NCBI GenBank assembly: GCA_038153605.1
Contig: JAYOYS010000001.1
Location: 57,527 to 121,526, forward strand
DNA length: 64,000 nucleotides
Direction of reading: 5' to 3'
From: Flavobacteriaceae bacterium
GTDB taxonomy: Bacteria; Bacteroidota; Bacteroidia; Flavobacteriales; Flavobacteriaceae
A program made the position numbers and the translations under genes. The notes beneath the pieces were generated by a model. That model did no database searches, had not been told where the DNA came from, and saw only the letters and a program-made list of their open reading frames with translations. Positions 1 through 9,399 of this stretch are shown here, one piece after another; within the stretch, counting starts at the first letter, position 1, and every line of letters starts with the position of its first letter.

Positions 1-2
1 AC

Positions 3-3000
3 CTGGTCTTGGATAAATTTGGCGAGGATTTGGCGAAGGCTAATTTTGTCGTGGGCCAGAATATCGGCTTTGATCTCAACATAGTGGGTTGTGAGTTTTT
101 TCGTTTGGGTCGAACGGATGTATTTGAGCCTTATGAAATTTTAGATACCTGCTCCGAGGCTACTGCAGAGCTATGTCAAATACCCGGTGGACGCGGAGGC
201 CGTTATAAATTGCCGACCCTAACCGAGCTACATAGTTTTTTATTCCAAAGTGATTTTGATCAGGCCCACAATGCTACAGCGGATGTGGTGGCTACGGCCC
301 GTTGTTTCTTTGAACTAGTCAGAAGGGGCTATTTTAAACAGGAGTTGACTCTAGTATCGCCAAATTTCTTTAATGAGTTTTTGGCGGTAAACCAAGATGT
401 TATTGCCCCCGTTGAATTTGAACATCAAAATTTAAAGAAGGCTTCTAAGGCCCTGAGAAAAAAGATTCAGCAACCAGGGGTGACCTCCGGTCAATCTGAG
501 CCTGCTGCCGATACTGGACTGATGGACGGTTGGCCCTTTATCCACTGTCATGCGCATTCACAGTTTTCTATACTGCAGTCTACGGCTTCAACTCAAGACT
601 TAATTGCGGCCGCGGTCAAAGATAAAATGCCCGGAATCGCCCTTACGGATATGGGTAATATGATGGGCGCTTTTCACTTTTTACAGCAAATCGATCAGCA
701 CAATAAATCATTAACCCCAGGGGATGAGCGGCAGCCCTTAAAAGGGATTGTGGGCTGTGAACTCAATGTCTGTGAAGATCACACTAACAAAAACCACAAA
801 GACAACGGTTACCAAATTGTTTTTCTTGCTAAGAATAAAACGGGCTACCACAATCTCTCCAAGCTTTCATCTCTGGCATACACTGATGGGTTTTACTACG
901 TGCCCCGGGTAGATCGTCAATTAGTTGAGCAGTACAAAGAGGGGCTAATCGTGCTTACGGGAAATTTATACGGCGAGGTGCCCTCTAAGATTCTCAATGT
1001 GGGTACCAACCAGGCAGAAGAGGCTTTAGTTTGGTGGAAAGAGCAATTTGGCCCTGATTTATATGTAGAAATCATGCGTCATGGGCAAGAGGATGAGGAC
1101 CGCGTTAACCAGGTACTGATTGAACTCGCCCAAAAGTATGAGATCAAGCTTGTAGCCTCGAACAACCTGTTTTACATTGATAAAGAGGACGCCAATGCCC
1201 ATGACATATTACTTTGTGTAAAAGACGGAGAAAAGCAGTCTACACCGATCGGTCGTGGTCGCGGTATGCGCTATGGCCTGCCCAACCAAGAATACTATTT
1301 TAAAAGTACCCAGGCCATGAAGGCCTTATTTCAAGATTTACCTCAGGCCATTGCTTCGACTAAGGAAATCTTCGATAAAATAGAATCATTTAGTTTATTT
1401 AGGGATGTACTCCTGCCCAAATTTGATATTCCTGAAGCTTTCATTGACCCTGAGGACCAAAGCGATGGGGGCAAACGTGGGGAAAATGCCTATTTAAGAC
1501 ATTTGACCTTACAAGGGGCTCAGCGTCGTTACCCTGAGATCACCCCTGAGATACAGGAGCGTTTGGCATTTGAACTGAGTGTTATTGAAAACACAGGCTA
1601 CCCAGGATACTTCTTAATAGTTCAGGATTTTATCGCTGAGGCCCGAAAAATGGCGGTTTCAGTAGGGCCGGGCCGAGGTTCTGCCGCTGGAAGCGCGGTG
1701 GCTTATTGTTTGGGCATCACCAATATTGATCCGATTCGCTACGACTTACTTTTTGAGCGTTTTTTGAATCCGGATCGAATTAGTCTTCCGGATATTGATA
1801 TTGATTTTGATGATGAAGGGCGCTCCAAGGTCATGGATTATGTGATCCAAAAATATGGCGCTAATCAGGTGGCCCAAATCATCACTTACGGGACTATGGC
1901 AGCCAAGAGCTCCATTAGAGATACGGCCCGAGTGCTTGATTTGCCCCTGCATGAGGCTGATCGCATCGCCAAGCTCATTCCCAATATGACTAAGCTCAAA
2001 AAGATATTTGCTGCCTCAGAGCAAGAATGGCGATCGACCTTCCGTTCTGATGAATTGCCCAAGGTGTCTGAGTTGGTGAGTTTGGCTCAGAGTTCTGCCT
2101 TAGAGGGTAAGACCATTCAGCAAGCCAGGGTGCTTGAGGGTTCGGTGCGTAACACGGGCATTCATGCCTGTGGTGTGATCATCACTCCAGATGACATCAC
2201 AAATTTTGTTCCCATAGCTACAGCGAAAGACTCAGAACTCTACGTCACTCAATTTGACAATGCCGTGGTAGAAAGCGCAGGGCTTTTGAAAATGGATTTC
2301 TTAGGGCTTAAGACGCTAACTTTGATTAAAGACACCGTGGCTTTGGTTGAAGAAAAATACAAAATCACCCTAATTCCCGATGATTTTCCCATAGATGACC
2401 CCAAGACCTATGAACTTTTTCAGAACGGGGAGACTGTGGGGATTTTTCAGTATGAATCTGTGGGCATGCAAAAGCACTTAAAGGATCTTAAGCCCACGGT
2501 TTTTGCCGATTTGATTGCGATGAACGCCCTGTACCGTCCAGGTCCTATGGAGTATATACCCTCTTTTGTACGCCGTAAGCACGGTCAAGAGCAGATTACC
2601 TATGATTTGCCAGAGATGGAGGAATACCTCAACGAGACCTATGGGATTACGGTTTATCAAGAGCAGGTTATGTTATTGTCGCAAAAGTTGGGCGGATTTA
2701 CCAAGGGTGAGGCCGATGTACTGCGCAAGGCTATGGGTAAAAAGCAAAAGGCCGTTTTGGATAAGATGAAGCCCAAGTTTATCCAGCAGGCCGAAGCTAA
2801 AAATCACCCGGCTGAGGTTCTGGAAAAAATTTGGAAAGACTGGGAAGCCTTTGCAAGTTATGCTTTCAACAAAAGTCACTCCACATGTTACGCCTGGATT
2901 GCCTATCAAACGGCCTATCTCAAGGCACATTATCCAGCCGAATATATGGCTGCAGTGCTCAGTAATAATATGAGTGATATCAAACAAGTGACCTTTTTTA

Positions 3001-4106
3001 TGGAAGAGTGTCGGCGTATGGGGCTGGAAGTCTTGGGTCCTGATGTCAATGAATCAGCCTATAAGTTTACCGTAAACGACCAAGGGGCCATTCGATTTGG
3101 TATGGGTGCCATAAAGGGCGTGGGTTCTGGTGCTGTGGAGACCATCGTGGCCAACCGAGATGAAGGGCCATACAAAAGTATTTTTGACCTGGCCAAGCGC
3201 ATAGATTTGCGCGCCGCCAATAAGAAGGCCTTCGAGAACTTAATTTTGGCCGGTGGGTTTGATGGATTTGACACCCATCGGGCGCAATATATGCACGATG
3301 ACGGTGATGGCGTATGCTTTTACGAGAAGGTGCTGAGATATGCCGCCCGTTATCAGGAATCTATGAATTCTGCCCAGGTGAGCTTATTTGGTGGGGGCAG
3401 TGATGTTCAGATTCCTGAACCTGAAGTCCCCCCTTGCGAACCTTGGGGGGCCATGAAGAAACTCAAACAAGAAAAAGAAGTGGTGGGCATCTATATCTCT
3501 GGACATCCTTTGGATGAGTTTAGGGTTGAGATGAATGAATTTACCAGCATCAAAGTGGCTGATTGCAATAACCTGGAGGCTTTGGTCAACAAGGAGATTA
3601 TTTTTGCCGGGGTTGTGAGTTCTGTGGAACACAGAGAAAGCCGTCAAGGTAAAGGCTGGGGCTTATTTACCCTTGAGGATTATGACGATAGTTTTGAATT
3701 TCGAATCTTTGGTGAGGAGTATTTAAAATTCAGACACTTTTTAAGTGTTAACGCATTTTTGCACATTCGGGCCTTTGTCAAAGAAGGATGGGTCAATCGA
3801 GATACGGGTCAGCAAGGAGCCCCTAGACTACAGTTTAATCAATTTCAGCTGTTGCACGACGTACTGGACAATATGACTAAGCGTATTACTTTTCAAGCGC
3901 CTATATCAGGAATCGATCAGGATTATATCAATACTCTAGTCGATTTGACCAAGCGTTTTAAGGGTAAAAAAAGTGTTCATTTAGCGGTATACGATCAAGC
4001 TAAGAATTTGTACTTGACCATGCCAAGTCGCACGGCTAAGATTGACATCAATCGTGAATTAATCAAAACCCTTGCTCAGAAGCGCTTGTTGTACAAGTTG
4101 AATTAA
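3..4106 (+). CDS. dnaE: DNA polymerase III alpha subunit (DnaE) with N-terminal DnaQ-like 3'-5' exonuclease domain; 5' end truncated by the window edge
   Basis: Open frame runs off the left edge. Exo II-like QNIGFDLNIV and Exo III-like HNATADVVATARCF motifs are followed by a PHP domain (HCHAHSQFSILQS). Polymerase core motifs include GRGSAAGS and PDIDIDF, and an OB-fold tail follows. Confidence 0.95.
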   Translation: MVLDKFGEDLAKANFVVGQNIGFDLNIVGCEFFRLGRTDVFEPYEILDTCSEATAELCQIPGGRGGRYKLPTLTELHSFLFQSDFDQAHNATADVVATARCFFELVRRGYFKQELTLVSPNFFNEFLAVNQDVIAPVEFEHQNLKKASKALRKKIQQPGVTSGQSEPAADTGLMDGWPFIHCHAHSQFSILQSTASTQDLIAAAVKDKMPGIALTDMGNMMGAFHFLQQIDQHNKSLTPGDERQPLKGIVGCELNVCEDHTNKNHKDNGYQIVFLAKNKTGYHNLSKLSSLAYTDGFYYVPRVDRQLVEQYKEGLIVLTGNLYGEVPSKILNVGTNQAEEALVWWKEQFGPDLYVEIMRHGQEDEDRVNQVLIELAQKYEIKLVASNNLFYIDKEDANAHDILLCVKDGEKQSTPIGRGRGMRYGLPNQEYYFKSTQAMKALFQDLPQAIASTKEIFDKIESFSLFRDVLLPKFDIPEAFIDPEDQSDGGKRGENAYLRHLTLQGAQRRYPEITPEIQERLAFELSVIENTGYPGYFLIVQDFIAEARKMAVSVGPGRGSAAGSAVAYCLGITNIDPIRYDLLFERFLNPDRISLPDIDIDFDDEGRSKVMDYVIQKYGANQVAQIITYGTMAAKSSIRDTARVLDLPLHEADRIAKLIPNMTKLKKIFAASEQEWRSTFRSDELPKVSELVSLAQSSALEGKTIQQARVLEGSVRNTGIHACGVIITPDDITNFVPIATAKDSELYVTQFDNAVVESAGLLKMDFLGLKTLTLIKDTVALVEEKYKITLIPDDFPIDDPKTYELFQNGETVGIFQYESVGMQKHLKDLKPTVFADLIAMNALYRPGPMEYIPSFVRRKHGQEQITYDLPEMEEYLNETYGITVYQEQVMLLSQKLGGFTKGEADVLRKAMGKKQKAVLDKMKPKFIQQAEAKNHPAEVLEKIWKDWEAFASYAFNKSHSTCYAWIAYQTAYLKAHYPAEYMAAVLSNNMSDIKQVTFFMEECRRMGLEVLGPDVNESAYKFTVNDQGAIRFGMGAIKGVGSGAVETIVANRDEGPYKSIFDLAKRIDLRAANKKAFENLILAGGFDGFDTHRAQYMHDDGDGVCFYEKVLRYAARYQESMNSAQVSLFGGGSDVQIPEPEVPPCEPWGAMKKLKQEKEVVGIYISGHPLDEFRVEMNEFTSIKVADCNNLEALVNKEIIFAGVVSSVEHRESRQGKGWGLFTLEDYDDSFEFRIFGEEYLKFRHFLSVNAFLHIRAFVKEGWVNRDTGQQGAPRLQFNQFQLLHDVLDNMTKRITFQAPISGIDQDYINTLVDLTKRFKGKKSVHLAVYDQAKNLYLTMPSRTAKIDINRELIKTLAQKRLLYKLN

Positions 4107-4212
4107 TGCCGATCAAAGCCCAGTTCAAAAGGTATTTATAGCGCATCACTAAGGCTAATGCATGAATCGAGTAAAGTGATACCTCAAAATCAAATAAATA
4201 GGCTAAAAAAAT

Positions 4213-4220
4213 TAACTTTG
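4213..4220 (+). promoter_or_regulatory. Bacteroidota-type -7 promoter box TAACTTTG upstream of trxA
   Basis: Exact match to TAnnTTTG, 50 nt upstream of the trxA ATG. Confidence 0.5.
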
Positions 4221-4270
4221 TAACGCAAATTAGCAATAACATTATTCCGATAATTAAATAATTATAGTCG

Positions 4271-4588
4271 ATGGCTTTAGAAATTACCGACGCGTCTTTT
4301 GAAGAGACCGTATTAAAAAGTGACAAACCAGTAATGGTTGATTTTTGGGCAGCATGGTGCGGGCCCTGCAGAATGGTAGGACCAATCATTGAAGACCTCA
4401 GTGCAGAATACGAAGGAAAAGCTGTAGTGGGCAAAGTTGATGTAGATGCAAATCAAGAGTTTGCTGCCAAGTACGGGGTACGCAATATTCCTACAGTTCT
4501 TGTTTTTAAAGATGGAGAAGTTGTGGGGCGTCAAGTAGGTGTAGCGCCAAAGAACGTATATGCTGAGGCTTTAGACGCTTTACTATAA
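4271..4588 (+). CDS. trxA: thioredoxin
   Basis: 105 aa with the WCGPC active site and thioredoxin-fold sequence throughout. Confidence 0.95.
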   Translation: MALEITDASFEETVLKSDKPVMVDFWAAWCGPCRMVGPIIEDLSAEYEGKAVVGKVDVDANQEFAAKYGVRNIPTVLVFKDGEVVGRQVGVAPKNVYAEALDALL

Positions 4589-4624
4589 GTGGATTTTAGG
4601 ATTTAACCCTAAGAATTTTTAAAA

Positions 4625-4653
4625 GGCTCGTCGATTATGGCGGGTCTTTTTTT
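4625..4653 (+). terminator. putative rho-independent terminator after trxA
   Basis: About 8-bp stem (ggctcgtc / ggcgggtc, with G-U pairs) and a 6-nt loop, followed by a run of 7 T. Confidence 0.5.
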
Positions 4654-4664
4654 ATCTTGTATCC

Positions 4665-5588
4665 ATGCTATATAACAGCCCGCAAATCAATCAATTTTCC
4701 CATTTAGAGCTCAGAGCGCAGCAAATAGTTGAGGGCTTCATGTCTGGATTGCACAAAAGCCCCTTTCACGGCTATTCGGCTGAATTTGCGGAGCACAAGA
4801 TGTACCATCCTGGTAGTGCCACTCGGTTTATTGATTGGAAACTCTATGCGCGAACCGAGAAGTTATACACTAAAAAGTTTGAGGAAGAAACCAATATGCG
4901 CTGCCATCTGGTTTTGGATCAAAGCAGCAGCATGTATTATCCTGAGGTGAGCAATTTGATGGGGACTGAGATCAATAAAATTGGCTTCTCTGTTTTGGCC
5001 AGTGCTGCGATAATGCAATTGCTCAAACGACAACGCGATGCCGTGGGATTGAGTGTTTATGATGAATTACAAATAGTGCAAACCCCGGCAAAATCCAGTG
5101 AACGTCATCATCAATTTATCCTGGGTAAGTTGGAGGAAATCGCCCGACACCCATCTACCTTAAAGAAAACGGATACCGCAAAACAGCTCAGTGGGCTAGC
5201 CCAACAATTACCCCGTCGTTCTATGGTGGTTGTTTTTAGCGATCTGCTGATGAATTCAGAGCAACGTGAGCAAGTTTTTGCCGCAATGCGTCATCTTAAA
5301 TATCGCAATCATGCCGTAGTGTTGATGCATACCTTTGACGGAGTCACGGAGCGTGAATTTAATTTTGGATCAGCGCCCCGGAAGTTTAAGGATCTTGAAA
5401 CGGGTAGCGATCTACAGGTCTTCCCAGCTCAAGTTAAGGAAGCCTATAAGGCTAAAATAGAGGCCTACTTTCAGGGCATAAAATTGACCTGTGCTCAGCA
5501 TAAGATTCAATATGTAGAGGCGGATATAAAAAAGGGATTTGAGGCGATATTTACGGCCTTTTTGGTGGCTCGGCAGAAGTTTGCTTGA
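4665..5588 (+). CDS. DUF58 domain protein (vWA-like, normally a MoxR/Bat-operon partner)
   Basis: N-terminal SPFHGYSAEFAEHKMYHPG..IDWKLYARTEKLYTKKFEEETN..LDQSSSM pattern is typical of DUF58. Confidence 0.8.
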   Translation: MLYNSPQINQFSHLELRAQQIVEGFMSGLHKSPFHGYSAEFAEHKMYHPGSATRFIDWKLYARTEKLYTKKFEEETNMRCHLVLDQSSSMYYPEVSNLMGTEINKIGFSVLASAAIMQLLKRQRDAVGLSVYDELQIVQTPAKSSERHHQFILGKLEEIARHPSTLKKTDTAKQLSGLAQQLPRRSMVVVFSDLLMNSEQREQVFAAMRHLKYRNHAVVLMHTFDGVTEREFNFGSAPRKFKDLETGSDLQVFPAQVKEAYKAKIEAYFQGIKLTCAQHKIQYVEADIKKGFEAIFTAFLVARQKFA

Positions 5589-5634
5589 GCGGATTATTTT
5601 TAGTTTTTTTATTTGTGAAAATAAAAATGCGGTG

Positions 5635-5642
5635 TATATTTG
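5635..5642 (+). promoter_or_regulatory. -7 promoter box TATATTTG (context TATATTTGCCACC) for tRNA-Asp
   Basis: Exact TAnnTTTG match. The same extended motif precedes tRNA-Leu at 12398. Confidence 0.6.
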
Positions 5643-5715
5643 CCACCGCTTGAATAAGCAACAAATTCTGTAATTCGCGCTGTTGCGTGATTCTGCTTCG
5701 GCAGATTTGAATATT

Positions 5716-5789
5716 GGTCTGGTAGTTCAGTTGGTTAGAATACCTGCCTGTCACGCAGGGGGTCGCGAGTTCGAGTCTCGTCCAGACCG
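5716..5789 (+). tRNA. tRNA-Asp (anticodon GTC)
   Basis: Acceptor stem GGTCTGG/CCAGACC, D-loop AGTTCAGTTGGTTAGA, anticodon loop CTGTCAC and T-arm GGTTCGAGTC-like GCGAGTTCGAGTCTCGT. No encoded CCA. Confidence 0.93.
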
Positions 5790-5933
5790 CAACCTAAGAT
5801 GTTGTGTTGGCAGCTTAAATGCTGCAAGTGGTTTAGAAATAGACCAATGAGAAGCTTGTCCGTTTGGATGGGCTTTTTTTGTTTAAATTTACACTTTCAT
5901 ATAATTCTTCATATTGTCCATGCGTTAAATTTT

Positions 5934-6410
5934 ATGAATCGATTTAATTGGTTAATTATTTTAATATTAATTATTTCTTCTTGTAGGGGCTTTGTTGATG
6001 AAAAATTAGAATTAGCTCAGCTTCAAATAGAGCGTTTATCCGAGATAAACTGGGATTCTGTAGATGGGCTTCCTAGTCCACCAGGTTGTTATGAGATTGA
6101 ATATTCTCATGCATTTTCTCCTTGCTTTTTGAATTTTATGAGTCAGACACTTTCTAAAGATCAAAAATTACTTGGTAAAATTCGTTCGAACTTCGGGGAT
6201 ACCTTGTATTTAAAATTAGTTGTAGATATTCATGGTGCAGTTAGGGTCCGTTTACATTCAGAAGAGAATAAAATGGATCCTTTAATGGTTGACTTATTGG
6301 CCGATCTTGAATCTTTGATTTCTAATAAATCATGGACTCCTGCAATTAAACAAGGCATTCCGGTACAGGTTGATTTTGATTACAATTTAATATTACAATA
6401 CGCTGACTAA
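5934..6410 (+). CDS. hypothetical lipoprotein
   Basis: ATG at 5934 gives the signal MNRFNWLIILILIISSC. The longer track ORF from 5799 would begin directly after the tRNA and looks like read-through of the frame. Confidence 0.5.
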   Translation: MNRFNWLIILILIISSCRGFVDEKLELAQLQIERLSEINWDSVDGLPSPPGCYEIEYSHAFSPCFLNFMSQTLSKDQKLLGKIRSNFGDTLYLKLVVDIHGAVRVRLHSEENKMDPLMVDLLADLESLISNKSWTPAIKQGIPVQVDFDYNLILQYAD

Positions 6411-6525
6411 TCTTATTAAGATTATGGCATTACAATTTTATTTGGATTTCGCGATTTATTTGCTTTAAATCAATTCATTTTTATTTAAAGTCTCTTCGAA
6501 ATTATTTTATTATATCTTGGGTCCT

Positions 6526-7074
6526 ATGAATGAGCGTATCATTTTGGGGATAGATCCTGGAACGACCATTATGGGTTTTGGACTCATAAAAGTCGTGGGT
6601 AAACGCATGGAATTTTTGCAACTTAATGAGCTGAAGCTAAATAAGTACTCTGATCATTACGTTAAACTTCGCCTTATTTTTGAGCGAACCATAGAGCTCA
6701 TTGATAGCCATCATCCAGATGAAATTGCCATAGAAGCGCCGTTTTTTGGTAAAAATGTGCAATCAATGCTCAAACTAGGTCGCGCGCAAGGGGTGGCCAT
6801 GGCCGCAGGACTTTCGCGTCAGGTGCCCATTACTGAGTATTCGCCTAAAAAAATAAAAATGGCCATAACGGGTAACGGTAACGCCTCCAAAGAGCAGGTT
6901 GCCAAAATGTTACAACAAACTTTGGGACTTAAAGAATTACCCAAGAACTTGGACAGTACTGATGGACTTGCTGCGGCGGTATGTCATTTTTATAATTCAG
7001 GTAAGCCTCAGGGGGGCAAAAGCTACAGTGGTTGGTCTGCATTTGTCAAGCAAAACGAAGGACGTGTAAAGTAA
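6526..7074 (+). CDS. ruvC: crossover junction endodeoxyribonuclease RuvC
   Basis: ILGIDPGTTIMGFG N-terminus, EAPFFGKN and LDSTDGLAAAVCH catalytic-acid motifs. ATG at 6526 is preferred over TTG at 6517. Confidence 0.93.
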   Translation: MNERIILGIDPGTTIMGFGLIKVVGKRMEFLQLNELKLNKYSDHYVKLRLIFERTIELIDSHHPDEIAIEAPFFGKNVQSMLKLGRAQGVAMAAGLSRQVPITEYSPKKIKMAITGNGNASKEQVAKMLQQTLGLKELPKNLDSTDGLAAAVCHFYNSGKPQGGKSYSGWSAFVKQNEGRVK

Positions 7075-7077
7075 TGT

Positions 7078-8211
7078 ATGGCAGGTCTTTACTATCATAT
7101 TCCTTATTGTAAACAGGCTTGTCACTACTGTGATTTTCATTTTTCGACTCAGCTAAAATCAAAATCTTCAATGGTATCGGCCATGCAGCGAGAGCTAAGT
7201 CTCAGAGCCAAAGAGCTTAAAGGTCCATTAAAATCAATTTATTTTGGCGGCGGCACGCCTTCTTTATTGACAGCCGAAGAAATAGGACTGCTTATTAACC
7301 AAGGTCGTCAACTTGGACTGGAGGCCGCTGATATAGAGATTACCTTGGAGGTCAATCCTGACGATGTGAATCCTGAAAAACTTCAAGATTGGAAAAATGC
7401 GGGGATTAATCGGCTCAGCCTAGGGATACAGTCCTTTAGTGCCCGAGACCTAAAGTTTATGAATCGAGTCCATGATGTGGAGCAGGCCCATCAAGCCTTA
7501 GTTTGGATTACCCGTCAATTTGAGAATTTTAGCGTGGATTTGATTTATGGTGTACCTCAGGAGCAAGGGGATTCCTGGATCAATAATTTGGCTATAATTG
7601 GTGAGTTTAAGCCACCGCATCTCTCGTGTTACGCCTTAACCCGAGAGCCTGAAACAGCTATGGATAAATTTATAAGGAGAGGAGTGATGCCTGACATTGA
7701 CGAAGACCAGGCCCAAAGAGAATATCAGACTTTGATCCATTGGGCCAGAGAGCTCGGATATGTCAATTATGAATTTTCAAATTTTGCCCTGCCGGGATAT
7801 GAGTCTGTTAATAATTCAGCCTACTGGTCTGGTTTGCCTTATTTAGGGATTGGCCCCAGTGCCCATAGTTATGACGGTCAAAGGCGAAGTTGGAATATTG
7901 CCAATAATCAATTGTATCTCAAAGCGCTCGATCAAGAAAAACTGCCCATTGCTCGTGAGGAGCTGACTTTTGTCGATCGTTATAATGAGTATGTCATGAC
8001 GCGCCTGAGGACTGCCAGCGGCATAAATCTAGATGAAGTTACAAAGATCTTTGATCAAAAAACACGAGATAATTTGGTGAAGATGGCTGATAAACCAATT
8101 AGTCAAGGTTTACTGGTGTTAAAAAATGGCCACTTAGCCGTGAGTAAAGAAGGAAAGTTTTTAACTGATGGGATTGCTAGTGCCTTATTCTTAGTAAATT
8201 TAGGATCATGA
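7078..8211 (+). CDS. hemW: radical SAM heme chaperone HemW / HemN-like oxygen-independent coproporphyrinogen oxidase family
   Basis: YYHIPYCKQACHYCDF (CxxxCxxC) cluster, GGGTPS motif and a HemN_C-like tail. Confidence 0.85.
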   Translation: MAGLYYHIPYCKQACHYCDFHFSTQLKSKSSMVSAMQRELSLRAKELKGPLKSIYFGGGTPSLLTAEEIGLLINQGRQLGLEAADIEITLEVNPDDVNPEKLQDWKNAGINRLSLGIQSFSARDLKFMNRVHDVEQAHQALVWITRQFENFSVDLIYGVPQEQGDSWINNLAIIGEFKPPHLSCYALTREPETAMDKFIRRGVMPDIDEDQAQREYQTLIHWARELGYVNYEFSNFALPGYESVNNSAYWSGLPYLGIGPSAHSYDGQRRSWNIANNQLYLKALDQEKLPIAREELTFVDRYNEYVMTRLRTASGINLDEVTKIFDQKTRDNLVKMADKPISQGLLVLKNGHLAVSKEGKFLTDGIASALFLVNLGS

Positions 8212-8993
8212 GATTTGAAATCGAGATTAGCGGTAAAAGGTGGGCTATAGATACAGCGAAGCCCATTGATTTGTCTATCGCTGTAAATTGCAATGAACCC
8301 AATGGTCCTAGGGCTTGGTATATCGATCCGCCGTCAAAATCCCCTGTGCGCCTCGGTAGTTGGATCGGTAATGTAGCTCAGGGAGGCGCCGTTAATTTTA
8401 ACGATTTAAATGTGAATCCACACGCCCATGGAACGCATACAGAGTCTCTGGGGCATATTTCTCCAGAAGAAGACCCAGTGGAAGGGTTATTTGATCAGTT
8501 TTTCTTTGAAGCTCTGGTGGTGAGTATCTCTGTGGGGCCTACTGAAGGTATTACGCGCGCTATGCTGCAAAAGGGTATCGAGTATTGTGAAAAACACAGC
8601 GATAAAGCAGCGGGGTTTTGGTCAAAGGGCCCTAAGGCTTTGGTGCTGAGAACCCTACCTAATCATACGGCTAAGTTAACGACTAATTATGATCATCAGG
8701 GCTGGCCTTATCTCAGTGCTGATGCCGCTCAATATTTAGTCGAGATTGGGGTTATGCACGTACTCATTGATACCCCTTCGGTCGACCCGGAAAAAGATCA
8801 AGGGGCCTTATTAGCCCACAAAGCTTTTTGGCAATGGCCAGAAAATCCCCGTAAAAAAGCGACCATAACAGAGTTTATTTACGTCCCGGATGAGGTGGTC
8901 GATGGGCCTTATTTGTTAGAACTTCAAATGGCGGCCATAATAAACGACGCTACTTTTTCTCGACCCCTTATTTATGCTTTGGAGGCTCTTTAA
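8208..8993 (+). CDS. cyclase family protein (arylformamidase-like)
   Basis: HAHGTHTESLGH resembles the HxGTHxDxPxH cyclase motif. ATGA overlap with hemW. Confidence 0.65.
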   Translation: MRFEIEISGKRWAIDTAKPIDLSIAVNCNEPNGPRAWYIDPPSKSPVRLGSWIGNVAQGGAVNFNDLNVNPHAHGTHTESLGHISPEEDPVEGLFDQFFFEALVVSISVGPTEGITRAMLQKGIEYCEKHSDKAAGFWSKGPKALVLRTLPNHTAKLTTNYDHQGWPYLSADAAQYLVEIGVMHVLIDTPSVDPEKDQGALLAHKAFWQWPENPRKKATITEFIYVPDEVVDGPYLLELQMAAIINDATFSRPLIYALEAL

Positions 8994-9007
8994 AATCATT
9001 CAGAGTT

Positions 9008-9361
9008 ATGCTTATTGATGAATTTCAAGACTATTGTTTGGCCAAAAAAGGAGTCAGTGAGTCCATGCCGTTTGATCAGCATACTTTAGTCTTTAAAGTA
9101 GGGCCAAAAATGTTTGCCTTGGCCAGTTTAGATCAAATTCCCCTCAGGGTAAACCTCAAATGTGCGCCCGACCAGGCCATTTTTTTAAGGGAGGAGTATC
9201 CCGAAGTTGTGTTGCCCGGATACCATATGAATAAAACCCATTGGAACACTATAGTGATGAGTCGTGATTTATCCCGATTGTGGTATCAAGGATTAATAGA
9301 CCACTCTTATGATTTGGTCTGGGCCAGCTTAACAAAAAAACAAAAAGCACTTATCGAATAA
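9008..9361 (+). CDS. MmcQ/YjbR family DNA-binding protein
   Basis: 117 aa. The pattern FDQHTLVFKVGPKMFA...YHMNKTHWNTI is typical of YjbR-like proteins. Confidence 0.65.
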   Translation: MLIDEFQDYCLAKKGVSESMPFDQHTLVFKVGPKMFALASLDQIPLRVNLKCAPDQAIFLREEYPEVVLPGYHMNKTHWNTIVMSRDLSRLWYQGLIDHSYDLVWASLTKKQKALIE

Positions 9362-9399
9362 GCCTATTCAGCCTGCTTGATCATCATGAATTCATTTTA

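Noticed and set aside
1746-3647. Several 60-104-aa ORFs antisense to, or out of frame with, dnaE (1746-1952, 2478-2660, 2566-2769, 2673-2987, 3059-3274, 3384-3647).
   Set aside because: They are fully nested in a long, motif-rich gene. They have no recognisable motifs and a low-complexity, shadow-ORF-like composition. The same reasoning applies to the other nested ORFs in the track, for example 13554-13754, 33316-33696, 39982-40236, 40811-41122, 45051-45317, 46184-46517, 50064-50581 and 57112-58565.
5799-5933. N-terminal extension of the 5799-6410 ORF, starting 10 nt after tRNA-Asp.
   Set aside because: The extension is Cys/Trp/Arg-rich with no signal logic. The internal ATG at 5934 gives a clean lipoprotein signal peptide.
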